Source: Phycisphaerae bacterium
GTDB taxonomy: Bacteria; Planctomycetota; Phycisphaerae; UBA1845
Assembly: GCA_963666835.2 (NCBI GenBank)
Contig: CAXXGO010000006.1
Span: 576,001-640,000 of the forward strand
Reading direction: 5' to 3'
Length of the DNA stretch: 64,000 nt
Part shown: positions 39,065 through 49,800 of the stretch, one piece after another
Position numbering within the stretch: the stretch's first letter is position 1
How the letters are laid out: every line of letters starts with the position of its first letter
Notes under the pieces: model-generated
What the model was told of the DNA's origin: nothing
What the model saw: the letters and a program-made list of their open reading frames with translations, nothing else
Databases searched by the model: none
Program-made: the position numbers and the translations under genes

Positions 39065-39919
39065 TCATGTGGATGGTGATCGGCGGCGGGCTTTTTCGAG
39101 GCTATCGGCGATCTTCCAGCTTTGCGAACCTTCAACGGCTTCGATATCGATCATATCGGGAGGGTGGTCCTCCGAGAGCGAAACCCCTGGTGAAAAGGGT
39201 TCCGCCTTCTTACCTGCGCGGCCGTTACCGACTTTCGATTCGACCATGCGGACGCGGAAGCGGGTATCACCGATTCCCAGCTCATCGTTGTTTTGAAGGA
39301 CCTGATACACCACCGGCTCGCCATTGACCCGGACTTGATTCTGGCTGAGCAGATCGAAGACGGCCAACTGACCGAAATAGGTGAGGAGCAGGCTGTGGGT
39401 GCGCGAGATTCGCCGATCGGAAATAACAATATCGCAGCCGGTTCGGCGCCCGATGACACATCCGTCGCGATTCGGCTTGAGGATACGTCCGGTGGTCAGA
39501 TGCTCCAACGCGATCACCTGCGGTGACGGCTCCAAGCTGAACGGATGAAGGTCGGCGTCTCCACGGCTCTGGGGTTGCTGGATTTCCACACGAATCCGCC
39601 ACGGATCGATGGTGAGTAAGTCACCGTCCGAAAGCTGCTCGTGTTCCATCTTCAGTTCATTGAGGAACGTTCCCTGGCGAGTTATCAGATCAACCGCGAC
39701 AATCTCCCGCCCGTTGTTGATGAGCGCAACGTGCACGGGAGATACCTGCCGGTGCTGCAAGCGCAGCTTGCATCCGGAACGCGAACCCACCAGAGTGACC
39801 ACCCGACGGCATTCTATCGTAGTGCCGACCCCTTGGCCCTTCTCGATCTTCAGTCGGACTCGCGGAGCGGAATCCGCCACGATCGGCACACCTGCAGATG
39901 GCCCGTTGACTGTGGTCAA
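39065..39919 (-). CDS. Tandem FHA-domain protein
   Basis: Two FHA-like units: VGSR..VSPVH..GTFLN and IGRR..ISRTH..VRVNG. Confidence 0.85.
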   Translation of the reverse strand: MTTVNGPSAGVPIVADSAPRVRLKIEKGQGVGTTIECRRVVTLVGSRSGCKLRLQHRQVSPVHVALINNGREIVAVDLITRQGTFLNELKMEHEQLSDGDLLTIDPWRIRVEIQQPQSRGDADLHPFSLEPSPQVIALEHLTTGRILKPNRDGCVIGRRTGCDIVISDRRISRTHSLLLTYFGQLAVFDLLSQNQVRVNGEPVVYQVLQNNDELGIGDTRFRVRMVESKVGNGRAGKKAEPFSPGVSLSEDHPPDMIDIEAVEGSQSWKIADSLEKARRRSPST

Positions 39920-40655
39920 AGGCGCGACTCCCGTCTCGGCTCAGCACAAATACGAATCGCAACGCCGAATCCGCCGTTCGTGCGATCGGCGGAATTCACC
40001 GCAGACACCCCATCGGATAAGTATAGTGCCATCGGATGATCTTTTCCAGTGTCGCGCCGTGCTCCTCGCTCTACGGCCATTAGATAATGTCGGCCAGGCT
40101 CGGCAACTGATCCAGGCGAGCCGTCGCAACCATCTTCAAACCCCGCTGAAGGGGGCGCAACCGGCGGTTTGAGTGCAGACAACACCCCAATGGACTCTCC
40201 GGACTAGTCGCCCGGGAGCGTTTCAAGCATGTCCGACGACCTCCACCCCGTTCCATTTCGCTTCGCCGTTCGGAGGTCTCACCACAGCCGCGGACCCGCA
40301 ACGCGATCATGCCCGCCCCATCCGTAGTACCAACCGCAGGGGCTTTTCTGAATCGAGGTAATCGGGGTAGGCGGTGGGATCGAAAGACGGGTCGCCTCAA
40401 CTGATTCTGAAAGCGGCACCATCTTCGATGGCGCTGAAGATGACTCCGTGAGGTCGCCGCGTCAGCGCGGCGAGGTCGAGGCTTGGCCGGCGCGGCCGGA
40501 GATACGTCGCGGCTTGGAAGTTCTCTGCGGATTCAAGATGGACGGGCACATCGCCCGGCACCCGCAGGATGGTGTCAGCGCAGTCAGCCCGATGACGGCA
40601 GGCAACTCCAAAGCCGATTGCCCTTCCCGATTAGTCCCGATAGCAAACGGTACGG

Positions 40656-41120
40656 TTACTCGGGAGTATCCAAGGAAGCGGCAAACCAGTCGTACCGCGC
40701 ACGGGCGGAGCCCACATCGTGCATCAATATCGGAGCGTTCCCGGCGGCTTTGACGGAAATGCCAATTTCATGGCACCCGTCGTCGACCTCGCGACAGAAC
40801 GCGGCCGTTCCGGCAATGTGCTTCCGGGTGTGATCCGGAGCGACCACGATCGCCTCGACCGGTCGACCAACCGATACCGGCCGCGCGAGGGTCGCTACCA
40901 CCGACAATCCCAGAAAGGTCAGATTCCGGGTAAGCGCATCACTTACGATTACGGGCTCGCCGGTGGGGCCGAACAGGCAAATCTCACACTCCGCCTGAAG
41001 CACCCGGCGGCGTTCGGAGCGGCTGTCCGTTCCGTTCGGAACGGTCTTGGCCGCCTCGGCCTCCATGGCTTCGATCAACGCAGTGAGAGTCCGCTGAGTC
41101 TCAATTGAACAAGACGGCAT
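40656..41120 (-). CDS. PilZ-like domain protein
   Basis: RSERR (RxxxR) and RNLTFLGL ((D/N)xSxxG-like) motifs, beta-rich with a terminal EIGI strand. RBS present. Confidence 0.6.
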   Translation of the reverse strand: MPSCSIETQRTLTALIEAMEAEAAKTVPNGTDSRSERRRVLQAECEICLFGPTGEPVIVSDALTRNLTFLGLSVVATLARPVSVGRPVEAIVVAPDHTRKHIAGTAAFCREVDDGCHEIGISVKAAGNAPILMHDVGSARARYDWFAASLDTPE

Positions 41121-41507
41121 CGTACATCCCTCTTCCCGTACAGAATATCGGTTGCGAGATCACCCCTCACGAGTTGAGCCGGGGCACACCTCCAAACGTG
41201 CAAAATCCGGGGAGCTTCCGCCACATCTAATCTGCCGGATGGTCCCCCCGCTTCACCCAGACTCTAGGACCGGCGCCCGGCGGAAGGCAAACTTCTCTCT
41301 TTCTACTCGGTCCTTGGGCCTCACATCTAAGGCGGAGCCGGATGTAATCCGTAGTAAGCCCTATAACGTTGCCGTTTCGACGCTTACCGCGGCCGCTCGA
41401 TTCGCGCCCGCTCTGCCCGATAACACAACCCCCGCCGCGCCGGCGCAGTGGCACCGGCCCTTATGACAGTGAAGTTGATTACCGGCAAAGCAGCCCGTTT
41501 AGCGCGA

Positions 41508-42470
41508 TCAAGCGGGGTTCACGCAGTTGATGAACTCACCGTTGGCTTTGAAGGCGAGAACTATGCGAACCGCTTCCTCGCCGACCGCGTCCTGGGCCTG
41601 ATCCGTCGACGCCCCCACATGGTGGGTCCCGTAGAGGTTGGGGGCTTTGACGACGGGATCAGCGAAGTCCTTGTCCGTGGCGGCCGGCTCCAGCTCGTAG
41701 ACGTCCAACGCCGCCCCGCGGATGGTCCCGCTGTGCAACGCCTCTGCGAGTGCGACTTCGTCGATCACTCCGCCGCGACTGCAATTCAACAGGAACACCG
41801 TCGGCTTCATTTTGGCGAGTTGCTCTTTGCCAATTACGTGCTTCGTGTCCTTGCCGCCGGGGACGTGTAAGGAAATGAAGTCGGACTCAGCCAGGAGCTC
41901 ATCAAACGAGACTCTGCGGATGCCCAGCTCCGCCTCCGCGGTCTTCTGGTCGATTACGTCGGTGTAAATCAGCTTCATATCGAACGCGGCCGCCCGTTTG
42001 GCCACCTCGTAACCGATCCGCCCGAGCCCCATCACGCCCAGGGTCCTACCCTTCAGGCCGAGAGCCTTACTGTATTCCTTCTTGTTCCACACGCCGTTGC
42101 GAAGGTCGACCGTTTCATCCACTATCCGTCGATCGAGGGCGATCATCAGTCCGATGGACAGCTCGGCCACGGCGACGGCGTTCATCCCCGGGCAATTACA
42201 CACGCGGATATTGCGGCTGCCGGCCTGTGCGGTATCGATGGTGTCGTATCCCGATCCTGCCCGGATTACGAGCTTGAGATCGGTGCCCGCCTCTAGCATC
42301 GGTTTCTGCACCTTCGTGCTGCGTACGATCAAGACGGTCGGGTTTACTTCGGCGATGGCTTTGGTCAGTTCCTCGTCCTTCAGCTCCGCGTTGAAGATGA
42401 CCTCGCAGCCCGCTTCGCGCAGCGTGTCCATTCCCTGATCCGAGAACTTGTCGGCAATGAGCACTTTCAT
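41508..42470 (-). CDS. D-isomer-specific 2-hydroxyacid dehydrogenase, SerA-like and lacking an ACT domain
   Basis: RAGSGYDTID, NAVAVAE, GLGRIG, LNCSRGG, AALDVY..EP and HVGAST motifs. Start reassigned to ATG 42470 (MKVLIAD). Confidence 0.9.
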   Translation of the reverse strand: MKVLIADKFSDQGMDTLREAGCEVIFNAELKDEELTKAIAEVNPTVLIVRSTKVQKPMLEAGTDLKLVIRAGSGYDTIDTAQAGSRNIRVCNCPGMNAVAVAELSIGLMIALDRRIVDETVDLRNGVWNKKEYSKALGLKGRTLGVMGLGRIGYEVAKRAAAFDMKLIYTDVIDQKTAEAELGIRRVSFDELLAESDFISLHVPGGKDTKHVIGKEQLAKMKPTVFLLNCSRGGVIDEVALAEALHSGTIRGAALDVYELEPAATDKDFADPVVKAPNLYGTHHVGASTDQAQDAVGEEAVRIVLAFKANGEFINCVNPA

Positions 42471-42645
42471 ATTACGATCTCCGTCTTGAAGTTCTGAGTA
42501 CGTCGCAGGATCCCACTCTTTCTTTGCATGCACAGTCGGGCGTCGCTTTGCACTCATGCAATTGTCGTGCCGACGTGCGTTCGTTCCGCGGTCGGCACCC
42601 GAATACGGACGCCGCGCACTTCTTCTACGCCGCGGCGAGGTCCCC

Positions 42646-43884
42646 TCAGGCGCTTCCGGCCGGTTGAGCGTTCCGTCTGGTCTCAGTAGGGGCCTCGTCG
42701 TCGAACACGGCATGATACCGTGCCCCGCACCCCTGGCAGATCCAGCCGGTAGCAGTTTCACCTACGTCCGTCCGGGCATGCCGCAGCGGAATCGGCAAGC
42801 CGCAGTCGATACAGCTTCCGATCCGACCCGTCAAGGTGTTAATCAGGTCATCAATCCGCCACGGTTTCTGAAGGAAGTGCTTGACCCCCAACGCGGCGAA
42901 GTCATCGCGGTGGTAGGCCCCGCTCGTGCCAACGATGACCGCGTCCGGTCGGGCCTGCCGAATCCTCTTGACCGTCTCCGCGGGTTTCGTGTTCGGGATG
43001 TTGTAGTCCATCACGACGAACTTCAGACCCTCGTCGTGTTCCAGGAGGCGGATCCCTTCGTTCGGAGACTCCACCGCGTGGCCGCTGGCTCCGACGCTCT
43101 CGAGAAGAGAGATAGAGAACGTGCGGTTCAATACTTCGTCGTCGAGTACGAGCACTCTTTCTTCAAAGGGCCACCGGGCGTGTACCGGATCCTTGAATCC
43201 CAGCAACATCTCCAGCAAGCTAAGATCGAGATACTGGGGATCGTCCGGATGCCGCAGGACAACAAGACGCAGATCGCTCGCCCTCTGGGCGCGTATGTGC
43301 CACGTCACTGACTCAGCCGCTTTCGGAAATACCACCACCCAATCCTCAACGGCCGCGTCCAGATCGGGAATCGCGTCCGGAGAGAATAGATCGGTCAGCG
43401 AGGCGGCTTCACCCCCCGCCCGCGTCTCACCGAGCATCTCACGGGCATGAGCGTTGGCATACGTGATCGTTCCGGCGCGATCCACCTCCAGCACGGCCAC
43501 CACCGCCCCGCCGTTCCTCGTCGGAACTCCCGCACCGGCGGCCTGGACCGCCGATCTGATCTGCTCTACATCAAACGGTTTCTCGACGAAATCGAAGACC
43601 CGGCTCTTGCCGGCCTCTGCCCGAAGGTCGGCAGAGGCGAATCCGGTCACCAGAATCGTTGCGACATCAGGCCGCACCGCCCGCAGCACCCGGGCCACAT
43701 GCAAGCCGTGAATGTGGTTCTTCAGCATCCAGTCCGCCACCAGGACATCGGGTCGATATCGCATACCGATATCGATGGCCTCCCGGCCGCTGGATGCCGT
43801 GCGGATCTCATGTCCGGCCGGCGCCAACGCGATCTCCAATTGGCGCCGGTATACTTCCTCGTCATCGACTATCAGAACTTTCAC
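42646..43884 (-). CDS. Response regulator, REC-PAS-like-REC with a C-terminal four-Cys motif
   Basis: VLIVDDE..VADWML..TGF..EKPF, then ITYANAHA (PAS-like), a second VLDDE..MDYNIP..QKPW, and CIDC...CQGC. Confidence 0.85.
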   Translation of the reverse strand: MKVLIVDDEEVYRRQLEIALAPAGHEIRTASSGREAIDIGMRYRPDVLVADWMLKNHIHGLHVARVLRAVRPDVATILVTGFASADLRAEAGKSRVFDFVEKPFDVEQIRSAVQAAGAGVPTRNGGAVVAVLEVDRAGTITYANAHAREMLGETRAGGEAASLTDLFSPDAIPDLDAAVEDWVVVFPKAAESVTWHIRAQRASDLRLVVLRHPDDPQYLDLSLLEMLLGFKDPVHARWPFEERVLVLDDEVLNRTFSISLLESVGASGHAVESPNEGIRLLEHDEGLKFVVMDYNIPNTKPAETVKRIRQARPDAVIVGTSGAYHRDDFAALGVKHFLQKPWRIDDLINTLTGRIGSCIDCGLPIPLRHARTDVGETATGWICQGCGARYHAVFDDEAPTETRRNAQPAGSA

Positions 43885-46800
43885 GATTCCCTTCCTCCGT
43901 GGTGGTTGCTGAGCATAGCGGTAGGTCGATTATGAAGGTTGTACCCCTCCCCGGGCGACTCCGCACATCGATCGCACCCTGATGTTCAGTGATGATACCA
44001 TGCACGATACTCAGTCCAAGCCCGGTCCCGCCATATTCCCGGCGAGTAGTGAAGAATGGGTCAAACAGGTGCTTTATATGCTCCACGGGGATACCGCCGG
44101 CACTGTCTTGGACGATAGCTCGGACTGATTCCGTGGTTTTTTCCGTTCGGATGAGCACGCTCACCATGCCATCGCCGGTTTGAAGAGCGTTACGGATCAG
44201 GTTAACGAATACCTGCTCCAGCTCGAAAGGGTTCATATCGGTCGCCGGTACGTCCGGAGACAACTGGAGTTCGACGAGTCCTCCCCGATTTTCGACGAAC
44301 TGGCGGGTCAAAGTGGCGACCCGGCGGATCACCGCGTTGAGGTTGTATGCCCATTTCTCCGTCTCTCTCTGCCGGGCGAATTGAAGAACGCTCTGGATGA
44401 TCTGGCTGCAACGTTTGGCATTGTCGATGACATCCTCAAGACACGTGTCCAGCAACTCGGGATCGTTCGCTTGCTCCATCAGCTCCCGAGCGTTCTGGGC
44501 GGCCAACAGGATTCCCCCGACCGGATTGTTGATCTCGTGAGCGATGCCGGCAGCGAGAGTGCCGATCGACGCCAGCCGTTCGGCCTGGCGAAGTTGCTCG
44601 CGCGATTTGTCCAGCTCGCGCGTACGCTCCTCCACAAGCTCCTCCAAGTGGAAGCGATGTCGCTCCAACGCCTCCTCTATGTTCTTGCGTTCGGTAATGT
44701 CCCAGTCGATTCCGCTCCATCGAACCGGTTCGTTTCGGGTGTTGCGTTGGATTCGTCCGCGGCACAGCATCCACCGGATGCCTCCGTCGCGGTGACGTAT
44801 TCTGTATTCTATCTCGGAGAGTTCCTCGCGCCCGGCTAATTGCTTCTGCGCGTCCTCGTCCAACCGTTTCAGGTCTTCCGGGGGAATCCGGTCGCGCCAC
44901 GCCTGCCAGGAGTCCGGAAACTCCTTCTCTGCAAAACCGATTAGGGCTTTGAGCCGGTTGGACAGGAAGACGTCCTCTGGGATTGTCTGCGGACTGGATG
45001 GATCGAGCACAATATCCCAACAACCGCCATGGGATCCGGCAACTGCCAGGTCGAGACGCTGCTCGCTTTCACGAAGAGCCTCTTCGGCAAGCCTTCGCTG
45101 AAGAACAACCGAGGCCTGGTTCACATAGGTCTCGATCAGCTCGGCATTACCCAGATGCGCCCCTTCGTACAGCCCGATGGTAACATTCCCCAGAATCTCG
45201 CCCTTTCGCAAGACGGGTATCGTGTACAGGTCGCCGATCCCCGGCAGCAGATGAAGCGTCTGCAAGATCCAATCCGGGACCGATCCCTCCGGCGGTTCGC
45301 GAGGCGCTCCCCGGAGCTTCGTCAGCTTGGATCGTAAGTCACGCGTCTGCAAGCTGCGTTCGAAGACAAAAGTCGACCCAACCGGATTCTGCCCGAGCAG
45401 GCTGTCAGATGCATCAAACAGCCGTCCTTCTCCACGAATCGCGCGGATGACCGCCCGTTCGTGTGACGCATCTACGGCACTAGTGACTACGACGGCGTCT
45501 TTGACAAGCTCATGGAGATGCTCGGCGATTAACTCGAAAGCATCCTGTTCCGGGGGGAGATCCACAAACTCCATCGTCGTCCGCGAGAGGAATCTCATCT
45601 CTTCCAGCAGCCGTCTCTCCTCTTCCTGCGCAACCTTGCGATCGTGGATGTCCTGGAACGAACCCGACATTCGGGTCGGTTTGCCGGCTTTGTTCCACAG
45701 GGCTTGCCCGCGCGCGCGGAACCAACGGTACTCGCCGGACTTCGTGCGAAGGCGGTATTCGACATCGTAGGCCGCGCGTCGCTCGAGGTGCTCCCGCAAC
45801 GCGCGGGCCACGCGGTCGCGATCGTTCTGATGCAATAGTTCATGAAACGACTTCGCATTGGGCTCGAACTCGTTGACGGCGTAGCCGAGCAGCTCGAAAC
45901 AGCGCGGCGACCACCATTCAACGTCGCTGCTGAGGTCCGACCAGTCCCACAGACCGTCGCTGGATCCCAGCGCGGCCAGCTCGAATCGTTCCTGGCTATC
46001 CCGAAGCTCCCGTTGCATCCGGGTTCGCTGCGTAATGTCCCGGGCGGTCGTGTGCATGTAGTCGATCCCGTCGACCGTGATCCGGCGGTTGCTGAACTCC
46101 GTAGTCACCCTCCGGCCGCTCTTGGTGAGAAGCTTAGCCTGGCTTGTAATCGGGATACCGGCCATGATCTCCGCAAAGTGCTTATCGAGCGCCGTCCGAT
46201 CTTCGGGTCCGTGTACGTCGGGAATCGTCATGCCGCGGAGCTCGTCCTGAGAGTATTCCGTGAGATCTGCGGCAGCTTGATTGACGTCGACAAAGGCCGC
46301 GTTCTCATCCACGATGAAGATTGCATCCCGCGACCCGTCGAAGACGGAGCGGAACCACTCCTCGGACACTCGCAGGGCGTTCTCCGCGCGCTTCTGTTCG
46401 GTTATGTCCTCAACCGTTCCCTCATAGAAGACCGCTTTTCCGGAAGCATCTCTAACGACTCGGGTGTTCTCCCGGACGATGATCGGGCAGCCATCCTGCC
46501 GAATCCAAGTCGCCTCAAGCCCTCCAATGACCCCTTCCCGCTCCAGCCGCTCCCGAAATGTGCGTCGGCCGTACTCGGGTTCGAACCCCTCTGACTCCAG
46601 GTTGCGTTTGGCCAACTCACGGAAGTCTGGAAACGCCAACATCCTGATCAGTGCCGGGTTTGCCCCGTCGATTCGTCCATCAGGAGTTGTGCGGTAGATT
46701 CCGATCGGAGCGTTTTCAAACAACGAGCGGTACTTCTCTTCACTCGCCGCTAAAGCTAATTCAGTGCGTTTTCGCTCGGTGATATCGCGGGCCGTACCTA

Positions 46801-49800
46801 GAACGCCGATGATCTTCCCTTCCTTATCTCGCATCGGAGTGTTGCTGAATTGGCATACCGGGCCCGCCGCTAAGGTCAGCTCAAACTCGAGGCTCTCTCC
46901 CGCCAGCGAACGCTCATAGATGCCCATCACCACCTTCTGACCTTCATTGTCGAACAACGGCAAGAACGGCCGGTTCACGATTTCCTCAACCGGCAAGCCC
47001 GTCAACCTCTCAGCCGCCCGATTGACATAAGTCACATTGCCTCTTGTATCCGTTTCGTAGGCAACGTCGTTCAGATTATTCAGAAAGAGCCTGAAACGCT
47101 CTTCGCTGTGACTCTGAGCCTGCTGGGCGGCCAGCCGCTCGGCAATCTCCTTCCGCAACCTGTCGTTGGCATCCTGAAGTTCCCGGGTCCGAGCCGCCAC
47201 CCGTCCTTCCAGCTCGGTGTGGGAGATCCGCAAGGTCTCCTCCGCGCGCCGATGATCGTCAACATCCACGCACGAACCGACAAAGCCCAAGAAAGATCCG
47301 TCTGCCGCGAACCGGGGAACGCCGGTAACGCGTACCCATCGATACTCGCCATCACTTCGGCGGAGACGATGCTCCGAGCGCCAGCGCACCCGAGCCGCGA
47401 CCGCCGCGCGGTACGCCGCCCAGCTTTCTTCGACATCCTCAGGATGCACGCTGACCGGGCTCCCCGCGCCGTACTCCTCCTCCAGGGTGCGACCCGTGAA
47501 TTCATGCCACGTCCGATTGAGATAGGTGATCGCCCCGTCCGGGCCGGACATCCACACCATCACGGGAGTCGTATCGGCCATCGTGCGAAAACGGCCTTCG
47601 CTCTCGCGCAATACCTCCACACTCCGGCTCTGGCGAATGATCATCATCACCGCCGAGAGAACCACGGCCAGGAACGTTCCGGCCGTCATGAGCAGGAACA
47701 ACGGATGGCGATGGACCGGATAGGGAATGTCAAAGCTGATCCGGGCGCTGGCTGCCGGAGAATCCGCCAACCGGCAGCGCGCTTGGACGACCAGGCTATG
47801 ACTCCCCGAGCCGACGACCACTGCCCCCGGATGCTCCACCGACCATTCCGACCATCCCTCGTCGTCGAGAAGATACCGCGTCTCAATCTGGGATTCCGCG
47901 ACCAACGCCTCCCGGGCGGTGGCATGCCAATGCAGCAATGCCGACCCCTCGCGCATCGCCGGTTTGACCACTTCCACGTGCAGGTCGGCGTCTTCCAGCG
48001 CAAGTCGGTCAAGTACCGCTACGCCTTCACCCAACGTGCCGACGTAAATGTGATCCTCGGTGGGCAGTACCGGCCAGAAGGAAGAATGACCGAGGCCATC
48101 GGCTGCTCGAAAAGTGTACCACCGGCCCTGCCGGTACTTCTGAACCGCACCCGAGCAAGTAAGCCACAGCCCTCCACGAGGATCGGCCCGAACATCCTGA
48201 ATCTGATTGTCGATAAGCCCGTCTTCGGTGGTCAGATACTGAGGCACTCCGTCCCGCACGGTTCCCAGGCCGTTCAACCGGTCGGTGAACCACACCGTGT
48301 TGTCCCGGTCAACGGTTATTGCCCAGATTCGGCTCTTCGCTAACCCATTGGCGATGGTCCAATGCGTCCACTCGCCATCCTCCAATCGACTGAGCCCGGC
48401 CGCGGTCCCGAACCAGTACTCGCCCTCCAGCCCTTCGGCGAATGCATATACACGGTCATGCAGAAGTCCGTCGCGGGTCGTCCAATGGGTGAACCGGTCG
48501 TTCTCATACACCGCCACTCCCACGCCATAAGAGTTGCTGTTGTCCAGAGCATCTCCTAACCCCAGAAACCACGGTCGACCGCGCCGGTCTATGCGCACCT
48601 TGTGACGATAACCGGGAAGTCCCTGCTCAGAGCCGAAGTGCTGCCAGTTCGACCCGTCGAACCGGAAGACCCCTTCGTAGGCCCCCCCACTCGTCACCCA
48701 TACTGCGCCCCTCCCGTCTTCGGCGATTCCCGTCGAGTCGCACATCCTCTGACCGGCGATATCGTTGATCCGCCGCACCGTCCCGTCCGGATCGCGGACC
48801 TGCACGCCCTCGGTCGATGTAATCCAGATGTGACCGTCACGCGCCTCTACAATCTCAGTGATTCGGTTCAGGCTGCCCGGAGACCGATCCTTCCAGTGAT
48901 CCCAGAGCCGGATGACCGCAGAGTGGACGTAGAGCCCGTGATCCGTTCCGACCCAAAGGTCCCCGTTCGAACTGAACTCCAGCGACGTTACCCCCGCAAA
49001 CTGTGGTCCACCCGACTCGAACTCGGCCCACACTCCGTGCTGCCGCACGTGGATTACCCCGGTGTCTTCCACCGCCAGGGCAAACCCGTCCGAGCCCGAA
49101 GCCACCGCGCTGAACCGGCCACAGTGCTGCGGCAGGACCAGAACCGGGTCGGGGCCCTCCGACCATTCCCAAAGCCCCCGGTCGACCCCGCCACGCCCGA
49201 CCCAGCCGAAGGCGATCCCATCCGACTCGGACACTCGGGTGATGTCTCCCCGAGGCGCCTGGCTGGCCAAGTGCAAAACCCAGGAACCCTCCGCCCATCG
49301 ATACAGACCCCCGCGAGCACGAGCCAGAATACTCTCATCCGAACTGCTCCACACATCGAACACCTCTGGGTCCTGCGGGTGGTTCGGCCCATCGACGCGG
49401 GTCACTTCCCAACGGTCGGCCATGAACAGAACAGACTGGTCTGTTCGACGGTTTCTCCCTACCAGAAAATACTCGTGTTGCCCGAGCGGCGCGACGGCTG
49501 CTACCACGTACTCAGCGTCATCCAACGTAGGCCGGAACCGCTGCATCCCAGTCCGACCGCCGCGATACAAAACGCCGCCTGCAAAAACCAACACCTTGCC
49601 CCTTTCGTCAGCGGCGAGGCCCGTAAGCGGCGCCGCAGGCAACCCTTCCGCCGGTCCGACAGTTCTCCAGCGATATCCGTCATACCACGCCAGCCCCGCC
49701 GTCGTGGATGCCCAGACGGTCCCGTCCGCCGCCTCGCAGATGTCGATGATGCGCCCGGACGGCAATCCGCTCTCCGTCGAGAAATGACGCCAGCGCCACG

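Noticed and set aside
41145..41152. Sigma-28-like -10 element (ACCGATAT, minus strand) upstream of the PilZ-like gene
   Set aside because: There is no convincing -35 element at the expected spacing, so the evidence is too weak to call.
42471..42761. N-terminal extension of the dehydrogenase ORF overlapping the response regulator
   Set aside because: Family homology begins at MKVLIAD (42470), which has its own RBS.
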